64,000 nucleotides of DNA from Planctomycetota bacterium (GTDB lineage: Bacteria; Planctomycetota; Planctomycetia; Pirellulales; UBA1268), in assembly GCA_003669585.1 (NCBI GenBank), contig QWOQ01000005.1, positions 266,502-330,501 on the forward strand. Reading direction: 5' to 3'. Each line of letters begins with the position of its first letter. Positions within the stretch are counted from its first letter, which is position 1. The position numbers and the translations under genes are program-made. Below are positions 7,445 to 15,981 of this stretch, piece after piece. Under the pieces are notes generated by a model, which was not told where the DNA came from, did no database searches, and was given only the letters and a program-made list of their open reading frames with translations.

Positions 7445-9871
7445 CTAATGATTGAACACAAACTCTTTGGAATTCAGAAGTGACCACAGCACATCTTCTG
7501 CTGCTGCGCGACGATCATTTTCACTGAATGCCTGGATCATCAATGCTTGTTCGGTATCTGTCGGAAATCGCGAGAGAGTGCTGAGATAGAGTTCATCGAT
7601 CAGCTCAGCGGGTGACAATTGTGAGGCGACGAGTTTTCTCACAGAACCATGTCGATGCGATATCTTTTCAGAAATTTCTGGGGCATTCAGCAGATGCAGT
7701 GCCTGAGCGATACTCGGTTCATTGCTGCGTTCGCATTCACACACGGTCGTACGCACAGGTCGACCAAAGATGCGAAAGAAGTAGGATGGCATGTGATTGT
7801 CCCAGATTTGAATCGCCCGGTAGCCCTTTGGCCAACCGTTGAAATCTTCCGGTACACCAGTACTTTGGGAAATGGCGTCCAACAATACTTCTGCCGGTTG
7901 TGATTTTTGAATGAAGTGCGAAAAGTTCTGTTGGTCATCAATGTTCGATGGAACCGAGATTGCACTCAACTGATAGACACGCGAATTCAGTAACGTGCGA
8001 GTGAAGGCCTTTACGTCGTACTTCACGTCCCGAAGATGACTGGCCAGTGCCTCCATTAAAGGAGGATTTGTGGCGGGATTCGTATCACGAATATCGTCGA
8101 TCGGCTCGATGAGACCTCGTCCAAAGTAGTGTGACCACAGTCGATTGGCGATTGCTTTGCTGAAGAAGGGATTTTGATCAGCCGTCAGCCAGTCGGCCAA
8201 CGCTCGACGACGATCCGACACCTTCGAAAAGTCGGCCGGAGCAGCCCCCAGCGCATGCGTCGGCACCGCCTCACCGCCCCGCGGATGCGGCAAGTCATTG
8301 CCACCAAACGAGACCAACGACTGTTCTCCATTGGGCAATTTCTTCAGCGTCAGGCCAGTAAAGAATCCCGCCAGGCCGACGTAATCTGCCTGACTCCAGC
8401 GTTCCGATGGATGATGATGACATTGAGCACACTCAATGCGCACACCCAATAGCAGTTGGCTGATGGATCGCGCAGCCTCGTCGGGTTTGTTCAGAATCTT
8501 ATAGAAGGAACCCGGGCCTTCTGCCGACGTATTTCCCTGCACGGTTAACAGATCGGTGGCAAATTCATGAAACGGCCGATTGTGAGCAAATCCATCGCGT
8601 AGCCAACGCTGCATCGCCACTGCACCCTGCGGAGAAATGGTCAACTGATCAGCGCGCAGAATGTTCAGCCATTTCATCGTCCAGTAATCGACGTATTCGT
8701 CGCGCTCCAGCAAACGATCAATCAACCCTGATCGCTTCTTCGGCGACGGATCGTTCAGGAATTGACGGACCTCTGCTGGAGTTGGCAGCGTCCCGATGGT
8801 ATCGAGCGACACGCGTCGCACAAACGTGGCGTCATCGGAGAGATCGCTGGGTTCGATGCCGAGGCGTTCGAGTTTGTTCCATGCCAGGGTATCAATGAAG
8901 TTGTTTTCTGGCGGACGAACAAACTTCACGCCTCGACGCGGCACGGTTATTCGACAGGTAGCGACATGGCCCAGATGCCGCACCAGAATAGCGGCTTCAC
9001 CGGGAATCTCACTGGCCTGAATAAGACCGCGAGCATCAACGTCGGCGATGGAAGCAGCGTTCGATACAAATTCTGTTTCGTTGGTGACACAGCGACGATT
9101 TCCAGAAGCATCAATCGTGCTGACTTGAATCTGTTGAGTTTCACGACCCAGCAGGATTTGCTGCTCTGGTTCAATCTGAATACCTGTAATCTCCGATGCT
9201 GGATCGTCATTCGCATTAAATCGAGCGCCTTCGGAAATCCATCGCAACAAGCGGCGGTCACGATAACTTTCGGGCTCGATCCGTTGACCACCGCCGTGAG
9301 ATGTCCGCGCAGACGCTTTGAGAAGCAGCAGACTGTTCTCGGGAGAGGCCACAGAAACACGTCGCCCACGACCTTCCAGCACCAGAGCTTCGAAGTCTGC
9401 TCGCGCGTCGTAACCAAAAATACTGAGCTTCAATCCGTTCTGGCCCTCAGCCTTTCCATGACAGCCGCCAGAATTACAGCCAGCTTTTGTCAGGATCGGA
9501 ATAATCTCACGGTGAAAAGAAATCGGTACCGGATTGTCCAGTTGACGAATGATGATGGGGATTGCTGTGCGTTGATCGGCAAAGTCAATGACGATCAGGC
9601 CCTTGCCATTGACTTGCGGGCGGATCAAACCGCGTTCGTCAACAACTGCAATGTCAGGAGGATCAATATGAATCGATACTTTGCGTGTGATATCGAGAGA
9701 ACGTCCTGTGGAGTCAGTGTCATACACAACAATCTGTTGCGTAGCTTCCGGCCGCTGCAGAGTGACCTCCGGTGGATTCACCGTGAGCGTCCCAGCCCCA
9801 ACACAATCAGCAATTTCGCCAATAGCCAAAAGACAATAGACAAGCAAATATAGAAAATGCACGCGAAGCAT
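7445..9871 (-). CDS. DUF1549/DUF1553 (PSCyt2/PSD1) protein with N-terminal Ig-like (Big_2) modules and heme-type motifs (cassette A)
   Basis: Carries a signal peptide. A CX4CH motif (GCNSGGCHG) and the CXXCH motif ECAQCHHHP are present. DUF1549-like segment: FVRRVSLDTIGTLPTPAEVRQFLND. DUF1553-like segment: ANRLWSHYFGRGLIEPIDDIR. C-terminus: LLNSKEFVFNH. Confidence 0.9.
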   Translation of the reverse strand: MLRVHFLYLLVYCLLAIGEIADCVGAGTLTVNPPEVTLQRPEATQQIVVYDTDSTGRSLDITRKVSIHIDPPDIAVVDERGLIRPQVNGKGLIVIDFADQRTAIPIIIRQLDNPVPISFHREIIPILTKAGCNSGGCHGKAEGQNGLKLSIFGYDARADFEALVLEGRGRRVSVASPENSLLLLKASARTSHGGGQRIEPESYRDRRLLRWISEGARFNANDDPASEITGIQIEPEQQILLGRETQQIQVSTIDASGNRRCVTNETEFVSNAASIADVDARGLIQASEIPGEAAILVRHLGHVATCRITVPRRGVKFVRPPENNFIDTLAWNKLERLGIEPSDLSDDATFVRRVSLDTIGTLPTPAEVRQFLNDPSPKKRSGLIDRLLERDEYVDYWTMKWLNILRADQLTISPQGAVAMQRWLRDGFAHNRPFHEFATDLLTVQGNTSAEGPGSFYKILNKPDEAARSISQLLLGVRIECAQCHHHPSERWSQADYVGLAGFFTGLTLKKLPNGEQSLVSFGGNDLPHPRGGEAVPTHALGAAPADFSKVSDRRRALADWLTADQNPFFSKAIANRLWSHYFGRGLIEPIDDIRDTNPATNPPLMEALASHLRDVKYDVKAFTRTLLNSRVYQLSAISVPSNIDDQQNFSHFIQKSQPAEVLLDAISQSTGVPEDFNGWPKGYRAIQIWDNHMPSYFFRIFGRPVRTTVCECERSNEPSIAQALHLLNAPEISEKISHRHGSVRKLVASQLSPAELIDELYLSTLSRFPTDTEQALMIQAFSENDRRAAAEDVLWSLLNSKEFVFNH

Positions 9872-9896
9872 GATCAGTCCTTGGTGTAGAGATCTT

Positions 9897-9911
9897 GCAA
9901 AACGTTTGCCA
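9897..9911 (-). promoter_or_regulatory. Sigma-54-like -24/-12 element (TGGCAA-N5-TTGCA) embedded in an imperfect 20-bp palindrome, 26 nt upstream of the cassette A start codon
   Basis: The reverse strand reads CTTGGCAAACGTTTTGCAAGATC. The GG and GC dinucleotides are spaced as in the TGGCAC-N5-TTGC consensus, with one mismatch. It could equally be a palindromic operator. Confidence 0.3.
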
Positions 9912-10085
9912 AGATATTTTCCAAGACATTATTCGTACAGGAATAAGAATAGTTTGCTCGACAGTGTATCCGCAAGAGATTCAAGACGAGTCATTGCTGA
10001 CGGCGGAACAACGATCCTTTCGCAACGCGAGGATGCGTCGTCGCAGGGAGAGCGTCTTTAAATAACTTCACGCACAATCAATAAG

Positions 10086-10172
10086 CGGATGGGGTGGGAT
10101 TTGAACCCACGAGACACTTTCATGTCTGCCGGTTTTCAAGACCGGTGCATTCAACCGCTCTGCCACCCATCC
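10086..10172 (-). tRNA. tRNA-Ser (anticodon UGA), class II with a long variable arm
   Basis: Folded by hand. Acceptor GGATGGG/CCCATCC plus discriminator G. D stem GCA/TGC. Anticodon stem CCGGT/ACCGG with loop CTTGAAA (anticodon TGA). Variable arm AGACA-TGAAAG-TGTCT. T arm GTGGG-TTCAAAT-CCCAC. Length 87 nt. CCA is not encoded. Confidence 0.9.
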
Positions 10173-10321
10173 AATTTGCTGTCCGTTATCACCATGAATC
10201 GACTCAACCAGCGCCATCGCGCAGTCGTGCAAGGCTCTGTTGTCAGTCGACAACAAGATAGCCGCACATCCAAGAGAAAAAGTCTAGCAGGCCAGCGACG
10301 CTGCGGAGATGCGCATTGCCT

Positions 10322-10350
10322 TTGACTCGTGCATCTCTCTTTTCTATGTT
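10322..10350 (+). promoter_or_regulatory. Candidate sigma-70-type promoter (TTGACT-N17-TATGTT) for the small basic protein gene
   Basis: -35 at 10322-10327, -10 at 10345-10350, with an exact 17-nt spacer. It lies about 60 nt upstream of the ATG at 10413. Hexamer match only. Confidence 0.3.
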
Positions 10351-10412
10351 TTGCTTCGCTTTCAAAGGCTCACCACGAGTCCAATTCAAGACGTTCTACA
10401 AGAAGGAATCCG

Positions 10413-10610
10413 ATGGGTGGCATTAGTAACCGGATGAAAGAAATTAAGCGTCGTCGAACGCGTCGCCAAAAGGTGGCAAAATTTCAGACCAAAGTGAAGA
10501 AGGCGACTGCCTCTGAACGAGTCATTATGGCAGATAAATTGCGAAAATTAACTTCCGGATGCGAGATCCTTATCGCTGCAATGGGGCTTGAAGATCGCAA
10601 GCGAGCTTGA
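10413..10610 (+). CDS. Small, highly basic hypothetical protein (65 aa)
   Basis: The ATG at 10413 is preceded by AAGGA. Translation: MGGISNRMKEIKRRRTRRQKVAKFQTKVKKATASERVIMADKLRKLTSGCEILIAAMGLEDRKRA. The longer GTG start at 10329 would overlap the candidate promoter. Confidence 0.55.
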   Translation: MGGISNRMKEIKRRRTRRQKVAKFQTKVKKATASERVIMADKLRKLTSGCEILIAAMGLEDRKRA

Positions 10611-10617
10611 TGAAATA

Positions 10618-10635
10618 AACAGGATTTTCCCTGTT
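10618..10635. terminator. Weak hairpin (AACAGG-N6-CCTGTT) between the convergent small gene and clpB
   Basis: 6-bp stem. On the minus strand it is followed by TATTTCAT. The stem is short, hence low confidence. Confidence 0.25.
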
Positions 10636-10670
10636 CGACATTGATTTCGACAGTGAGAAGAATCTGGGAT

Positions 10671-13340
10671 TTATTGATCGAGAGAGTGTGCGGGTTGTAA
10701 TTGAAACTCAAACGCATCCTGTTCGAAATCAATAAGCACTCGACTGCCTTCTGGAAAATTGCCTGAAAGCAGTTCTTTTGCCAATTGATTTTGAAGTTGT
10801 TGCTGAATCACCCGCTTCAGCGGTCTGGCGCCATAGATCGGGTCGTATCCGAGTCGTGCAATCTCATCTACAGCCTTCTCGCTGCACTCTACTGAAATGC
10901 CTGCGCGCGTTGCCTGATCCTGTAGACGTTTGATCTGTAATTGAACGATTCGCCGAATATGCCGTTTGTCGAGCGGATGAAAAATGATCGTTTCGTCGAT
11001 ACGGTTTAAAAATTCTGGCAAAAATCTTGTTTCCAGTGATTCCTTTACCGCCTGACGAATCATTTCTTCATCGCCTCCTTCTTTGGTGATTCCCTGAATA
11101 AGTTGACTCCCTATATTGCTCGTCATTACTACCAGCGTGTTTGTGAAATCAACTGTATGGCCAAGGCTATCGGTCAGCCGTCCATCATCGAGAACTTGAA
11201 GAAGGATGTTAAAGACATCGCGATGGGCTTTTTCTACTTCATCTAAAAGAATGACGCAGTACGGTCGACGACGCACCGCTTCAGTCAATCGGCCTCCCTC
11301 CTCGTAGCCCACGTATCCAGGTGGAGCGCCAATCAATCGACTCACGGTGTGCTTTTCCATAAACTCGCTCATGTCCAGACGAACCATCGCCCCCTCATCG
11401 TCAAAAAGAACTTCGGCAAGGGCCTTGCAGAGTTCAGTTTTCCCAACGCCCGTGGGGCCGAGAAAAATGAACGAACCGATTGGACGATGGGGATCTCCAA
11501 GCCCCGAACGGCTTCGTCGCACAGCATCAGAAACTGCCTCAACCGCTTCATCCTGACCAATCAATCGTTGATGCAAACGGTCCTCAAGCACCAACAGTTT
11601 GGCTCGCTCAGTTTCCACCAGACGCGTCACGGGAATCCCGGTCCATGCACTGACAACCTCGGCGATTTCCTCCGGGCCTACCTCGCGTCGCAGCAATCGC
11701 TTGGAGTGTAGAACCTCCTTGCCGCCTTTGGTCAGAGAATCCTGCTCGCCTTCTTGTTCCACTCGTGCCGTAAGAGATTTGAGTTTCTGATCGAGTTCAT
11801 ACAAACGCTGATAGAGATTCTCTTCTACTGGCTGTCCTGAAGCTTGCCGATCCTTGATGGCCACTCCAGTCTGATCAAATGCTAACTGCGTCTCGTCTAG
11901 CTGCTTGCGAAGTTCCTGAGCGTTTCCAACGCCCGACTTCTCTGATTCCCACTGTTCACGCAGACTCGCAAGTTTTCGGCGAAGACCAGTCGCCTCAATC
12001 TCAACCTCCGAAAGCCTTTCTTTCGCTCGGTCTTCGGTTTCTTCCGAAAGTTGTCTCGCCGCGAGTTCAAGCTGTACGAGTCTTCGTTGCACCTCGTCAA
12101 TTTCTGTAGGAACGCTCTGGAGTTCCATAGACACTCGACTGGTGGCCTCATCCATTAAGTCGATTGCCTTGTCTGGCAAAAATCGGTCTGCAATATAGCG
12201 ATGAGAAAGTTCTGCTGCGGCGACGAGTGCCGAATCTTTTATTTTGACTCCCTTATGGTGAGCTTCGTACCGGGGCTTCAGGCCTCGTAGGATTGCAATG
12301 GTGTCTTCGACACTTGGCTCACCGACATGCACCGGTTGAAATCTGCGTTCAAGCGCCGCATCCTTTTCTATATATTTTCGATATTCATCAATGGTTGTTG
12401 CACCGATGCATCTCAGTTCTCCTCGAGCAAGTGCAGGCTTCAGAAGATTGGCCGCATCGGATCCTCCTTCGGCCGCTCCGGCGCCGATCACCGTGTGAAG
12501 TTCATCAATAAAGAGAACAATTCCGCCGGCCGCTGCCTCCACCTCTCGCAAAATAGCCTTTAATCGATCCTCAAACTCACCGCGATATTTGGTTCCTGCG
12601 ATCAGTGCTCCTAGATCGAGCGCAATGACCCGCTTGTTGCGGAGGGAATCAGGAACATCCGACTGAACAATTCGAAGGGCCAACCCCTCAGCAATCGCCG
12701 TCTTGCCCACGCCTGGCTCACCGATCAAAACGGGATTGTTTTTTGTTCGGCGCGATAGCACCTGAATCACCCGGCGAATTTCAGAATCGCGACCTATGAC
12801 AGGGTCGAGTTTTCCCAGACTTGCTCGTCGAACCAGGTCGATTCCGTATTTTTCAAGTGCCTGGAATTTTTCTTCCGGATGTTGATCTGTGACACGTGCT
12901 GATCCTCGCAACGCCTGCAGACCGGACAAAAACTGTTTTTCGTCGACCGCTCCAAGTGACAGAACGTTCTTTGCTTTGGAGGGAGTTTTGACAAGTGCCA
13001 GAAGCAGATGGTCCGTCGAGACAAACTCATCCTTCATCGCATCGGCCTCAGTCGATGCGGCCTCGAATATCTTTATCAAATCCTGATCTGGCTGAGGTTG
13101 TGCTCCTCCCGATATTTTCGGGAGATGCAAAAGTTCTGCCTCCGCGATGCGTTCGAGATGAATGCGATCAACGCCAATTTTTTCTAACAGCGGCCCAACA
13201 ATTCCATCTCGTTCTGCAAGAAGCGACTGGAGAAGATGGACTGCTGTTGCCTGTGGATTTCCTCGCGACGCGGCGAGCTCTATCCCACGCTGTACAGCTT
13301 CTTGGGCTTTGATTGTCAGCCGGTCGAATCGAAATGGCAT
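10671..13340 (-). CDS. clpB: ATP-dependent chaperone ClpB (two AAA+ modules plus a coiled-coil middle domain)
   Basis: 889 aa. Walker A motifs GEPGVGKT and GPTGVGKT are present. The Clp N-domain begins [18 protein letters not shown] long coiled coil separates the two NBDs. Confidence 0.97.
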   Translation of the reverse strand: MPFRFDRLTIKAQEAVQRGIELAASRGNPQATAVHLLQSLLAERDGIVGPLLEKIGVDRIHLERIAEAELLHLPKISGGAQPQPDQDLIKIFEAASTEADAMKDEFVSTDHLLLALVKTPSKAKNVLSLGAVDEKQFLSGLQALRGSARVTDQHPEEKFQALEKYGIDLVRRASLGKLDPVIGRDSEIRRVIQVLSRRTKNNPVLIGEPGVGKTAIAEGLALRIVQSDVPDSLRNKRVIALDLGALIAGTKYRGEFEDRLKAILREVEAAAGGIVLFIDELHTVIGAGAAEGGSDAANLLKPALARGELRCIGATTIDEYRKYIEKDAALERRFQPVHVGEPSVEDTIAILRGLKPRYEAHHKGVKIKDSALVAAAELSHRYIADRFLPDKAIDLMDEATSRVSMELQSVPTEIDEVQRRLVQLELAARQLSEETEDRAKERLSEVEIEATGLRRKLASLREQWESEKSGVGNAQELRKQLDETQLAFDQTGVAIKDRQASGQPVEENLYQRLYELDQKLKSLTARVEQEGEQDSLTKGGKEVLHSKRLLRREVGPEEIAEVVSAWTGIPVTRLVETERAKLLVLEDRLHQRLIGQDEAVEAVSDAVRRSRSGLGDPHRPIGSFIFLGPTGVGKTELCKALAEVLFDDEGAMVRLDMSEFMEKHTVSRLIGAPPGYVGYEEGGRLTEAVRRRPYCVILLDEVEKAHRDVFNILLQVLDDGRLTDSLGHTVDFTNTLVVMTSNIGSQLIQGITKEGGDEEMIRQAVKESLETRFLPEFLNRIDETIIFHPLDKRHIRRIVQLQIKRLQDQATRAGISVECSEKAVDEIARLGYDPIYGARPLKRVIQQQLQNQLAKELLSGNFPEGSRVLIDFEQDAFEFQLQPAHSLDQ

Positions 13341-13561
13341 GTCTCACCTTTTTCGTTCAGTGCAGCGGAAAGGAATTGGCCCCGTCGAGTGCCATAGCGG
13401 ACAATTGCGGCTTGAGCGATCAGCAAACCTTTGAACGCGGCGATGCGCACCAGAAAACAATTGGGCATTCTTAGAGACGTGTTTTTTCGTACCCACGTTT
13501 GACTCTGAACGACACCTCGACAAACTCAATTGGCGTCAGTGAACGATCTCTTTTATCAGCA

Positions 13562-15484
13562 CTAAGAATCTTTTTTCACTTCGAATTCGGCATCAATCGC
13601 ATCGTCGGAAGCTCCGCCTGCCGAATTCCCTGCGGTTCCTTGGGGAGACGTCTCGGAACCATCTTTTGCGGCAGTATCGTAGAGCACTTTACTCAACGCA
13701 TGCGTTGCCTGTTCAAGGGAATCGTGAGCTGAAGTGATCGCATCGATATCTTCCCCCTTGGCAGTCTCCCGAGCTTTTGCAATCGCGGATTCCAGAGGGG
13801 TCTTGTCGGCTGCGGAAAGCTTTGACTCGTTCTCCTTCATCAACTTTTCGGTTTGAAAGCAGAGTGCTTCGGATCGATTTCGGCCTTCGGCAAGACGTTG
13901 TTTCAATTTGTCTTCGTCGGCGTGTTCCTCCGCATCCTTGCGCATTCGCTCAATCTCAGTTTCGTTCAAACCACTCGATTGCTCAATTTTCACCGTTTGC
14001 TCTTTGTTTGATCCAAGATCCTTCGCGCTGACTGCGAGAATTCCGTTGGCATCAATGTCAAACTTCACTTCAATTTGCGGAGCTCCACGCGATGCAGGAG
14101 GAATGCCCTCTAGATTGAACTGACCAAGCAGACGATTATCTTTCGCCATCGTCCGCTCTCCCTGATACACGCTCACGGTAACGGCTGTCTGATTGTCAGC
14201 GGCCGTACTAAAAACCTGCTTGCGTTCAACGGGAATCGTGGTGTTCTTCTCAATGAGTTTTGTAAATAGGCCGCCTTCGGTTTCGATCCCTAAAGACAAC
14301 GGCGCTACGTCGAGCAGAAGCACGTCCTGCACTTCGCCTCCAAGCACACCACCTTGAATAGCCGCCCCAGCAGCCACGACTTCGTCAGGGTTGACACCCT
14401 TATGAGGATCTTTGCCGAAAAGTTTCTTAACAAGTTCCTGGACTTTTGGAATGCGGGTGGAACCTCCAACCAGAACGACCTCGTCGATCTCCTTCGGATC
14501 AATTTTTGCGTCCTTAATCGCCTGGAGAACAGGACCTCGGCAGCGTTCAATGAGATGATCGCACATCTGTTCAAATTGCGATCGCGTGATCGACATTTGC
14601 AAATGCTTTGGGCCCGATGCATCGGCTGTAATAAATGGCAGATTAATATCGGTGGACTGTGCTGAAGAAAGCTCTTTTTTTGCTTTTTCGCAGGCTTCTT
14701 GCAGGCGTTGCAGAGCCATCGTGTCCTTGCGCAGATCGATTCCCTGTTCCTTTTTAAACGTATCTGCCACATGGTTGATCAATACTTGATCGAAATCATC
14801 GCCACCGAGATGTGTATCGCCATTGGTGCTGATCACACGAAAAACTCCGTCGGCAATCTCGAGCAATGAGACGTCAAACGTGCCGCCGCCGAGATCAAAT
14901 ACGATGATTTTTTCATCCTTCTTTTTATCAAGTCCGTAGGCAAGGGCCGCGGCAGTGGGTTCGTTAATGATGCGCATAACCTCAAGGCCTGCGATCTGCC
15001 CAGCGTCCTTCGTTGCCTGACGTTGAGCGTCGTTGAAATATGCAGGAACAGTAATGACTGCCTTGTTGACTTTGTGTCCCAAATAGCTTTCGGCTGCTTC
15101 CTTCAGTTTTCGAAGAATTTTCGCTGAAATCTCAGGAGGGGTAACGGTACTGTCACCAGCCTTCACTTTGACGTAGTCCTCGGGCCCCCCCACAACTTCG
15201 TAGGGAACCATTTTTTCCTCGCCAGCCACTTCGTTGTGGCGACGACCCATGAATCTCTTGATCGAATAAATTGTGCGCTTTGGATTCGTGACTGCTTGTC
15301 GTCGAGCCAAGTCACCTACCAGGGTTTCGCCTTTGTCTGTAAACGCAACAACACTCGGAGTAAGACGATTCCCCTCTTGATTTGGAATAATCTTGGCTTC
15401 CTTCCCCTCCATGACACTCACCACCGAGTTTGTGGTGCCCAGATCGATTCCGATGATTTTTTCACCACCTTTATTCGCTGCCAT
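13562..15484 (-). CDS. dnaK: Molecular chaperone DnaK (Hsp70)
   Basis: Motifs [18 protein letters not shown] and [10 protein letters not shown] are present. Length is 640 aa. Confidence 0.98.
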   Translation of the reverse strand: MAANKGGEKIIGIDLGTTNSVVSVMEGKEAKIIPNQEGNRLTPSVVAFTDKGETLVGDLARRQAVTNPKRTIYSIKRFMGRRHNEVAGEEKMVPYEVVGGPEDYVKVKAGDSTVTPPEISAKILRKLKEAAESYLGHKVNKAVITVPAYFNDAQRQATKDAGQIAGLEVMRIINEPTAAALAYGLDKKKDEKIIVFDLGGGTFDVSLLEIADGVFRVISTNGDTHLGGDDFDQVLINHVADTFKKEQGIDLRKDTMALQRLQEACEKAKKELSSAQSTDINLPFITADASGPKHLQMSITRSQFEQMCDHLIERCRGPVLQAIKDAKIDPKEIDEVVLVGGSTRIPKVQELVKKLFGKDPHKGVNPDEVVAAGAAIQGGVLGGEVQDVLLLDVAPLSLGIETEGGLFTKLIEKNTTIPVERKQVFSTAADNQTAVTVSVYQGERTMAKDNRLLGQFNLEGIPPASRGAPQIEVKFDIDANGILAVSAKDLGSNKEQTVKIEQSSGLNETEIERMRKDAEEHADEDKLKQRLAEGRNRSEALCFQTEKLMKENESKLSAADKTPLESAIAKARETAKGEDIDAITSAHDSLEQATHALSKVLYDTAAKDGSETSPQGTAGNSAGGASDDAIDAEFEVKKDS

Positions 15485-15595
15485 GAAAATGGTCGTCCGT
15501 TTCTTTTAAGAGAGGGTGAGAGAGCTATATCGAGGGAATACGTGTTCGTGCGGGGAGTCGGCAAGACGATGGACGTCACGGATGATCATTTGTAC

Positions 15596-15632
15596 CGTTG
15601 AGTACCGAGAACCCAACAAACTGAACTCAACG
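15596..15632. promoter_or_regulatory. 8-bp perfect inverted repeat CGTTGAGT-N21-ACTCAACG upstream of dnaK, with half-sites resembling the HspR HAIR element
   Basis: Read directly: the arms are 15596-15603 and 15625-15632. The HAIR consensus is CTTGAGT-N7-ACTCAAG. Here the spacer is 21 nt rather than 7. Confidence 0.35.
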
Positions 15633-15646
15633 CAAACATCGTGCCA
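15632..15646 (-). promoter_or_regulatory. Consensus-grade sigma-54-type -24/-12 promoter element about 150 nt upstream of dnaK
   Basis: The reverse strand reads CTGGCACGATGTTTGCG, i.e. TGGCAC-N5-TTGC with exact spacing. It is correctly oriented toward dnaK. By eye it is the only exact TGGCAC-N5-TTGC match I found in the window. Confidence 0.4.
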
Positions 15647-15981
15647 GCATCTGCCTGTTGACGAAATATTTTGAACAAATGCAGGGTTCGCGGTCGATCC
15701 TTATCAAAATTCAGGCTGGTTTCATAAATCTGTTACGAGATAAAAGACTATTCTTGAGCTACATTCGTGCGAGAGGGACTGCCATTTTGACCGGTCGCAG
15801 TATAAAAGCCACGTGTGGAGATCGAGGAACTCTCAGGCACAATAGAGCCTTCACAGGAGGGTCTCATGGCTGAGACCGAAGTCGATTTTGAACTTTTCTT
15901 TTGATTGAATCGTTGGAATTGTTCTGATTCATTTGTGTACTATGTTTTTATCGTTCGATCAACGAAGAGGCCGATTCTTGT

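Noticed and set aside
8762-9853. Long antisense ORFs opposite real genes. Examples: 363 aa at 8762-9853, 265 aa at 51918-52715, 238 aa at 53752-54468, 234 aa at 61472-62176, 229 aa at 50858-51547, 203 aa at 4186-4797 and 181 aa at 28422-28967.
   Set aside because: Each lies entirely inside a gene on the opposite strand that has clear family motifs. Their translations are low-complexity, Arg/Ser/Cys-rich and carry no recognisable motif. They are shadow ORFs.
9872-10412. The tRNA-Ser flanks as a possible integration site for a genomic island or prophage.
   Set aside because: There is no integrase, no recombinase and no direct repeat of the tRNA 3' end nearby. The flanking genes are ordinary chromosomal genes.
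15485-15981. A CIRCE (HrcA) operator or an RNA thermometer upstream of dnaK. A CIRCE-like half-site TTGAGCACTC occurs at about 18591-18600.
   Set aside because: No TTAGCACTC-N9-GAGTGCTAA match exists in the dnaK or clpB upstream regions. The half-site near 18595 lies inside the desaturase gene and lacks the partner half.
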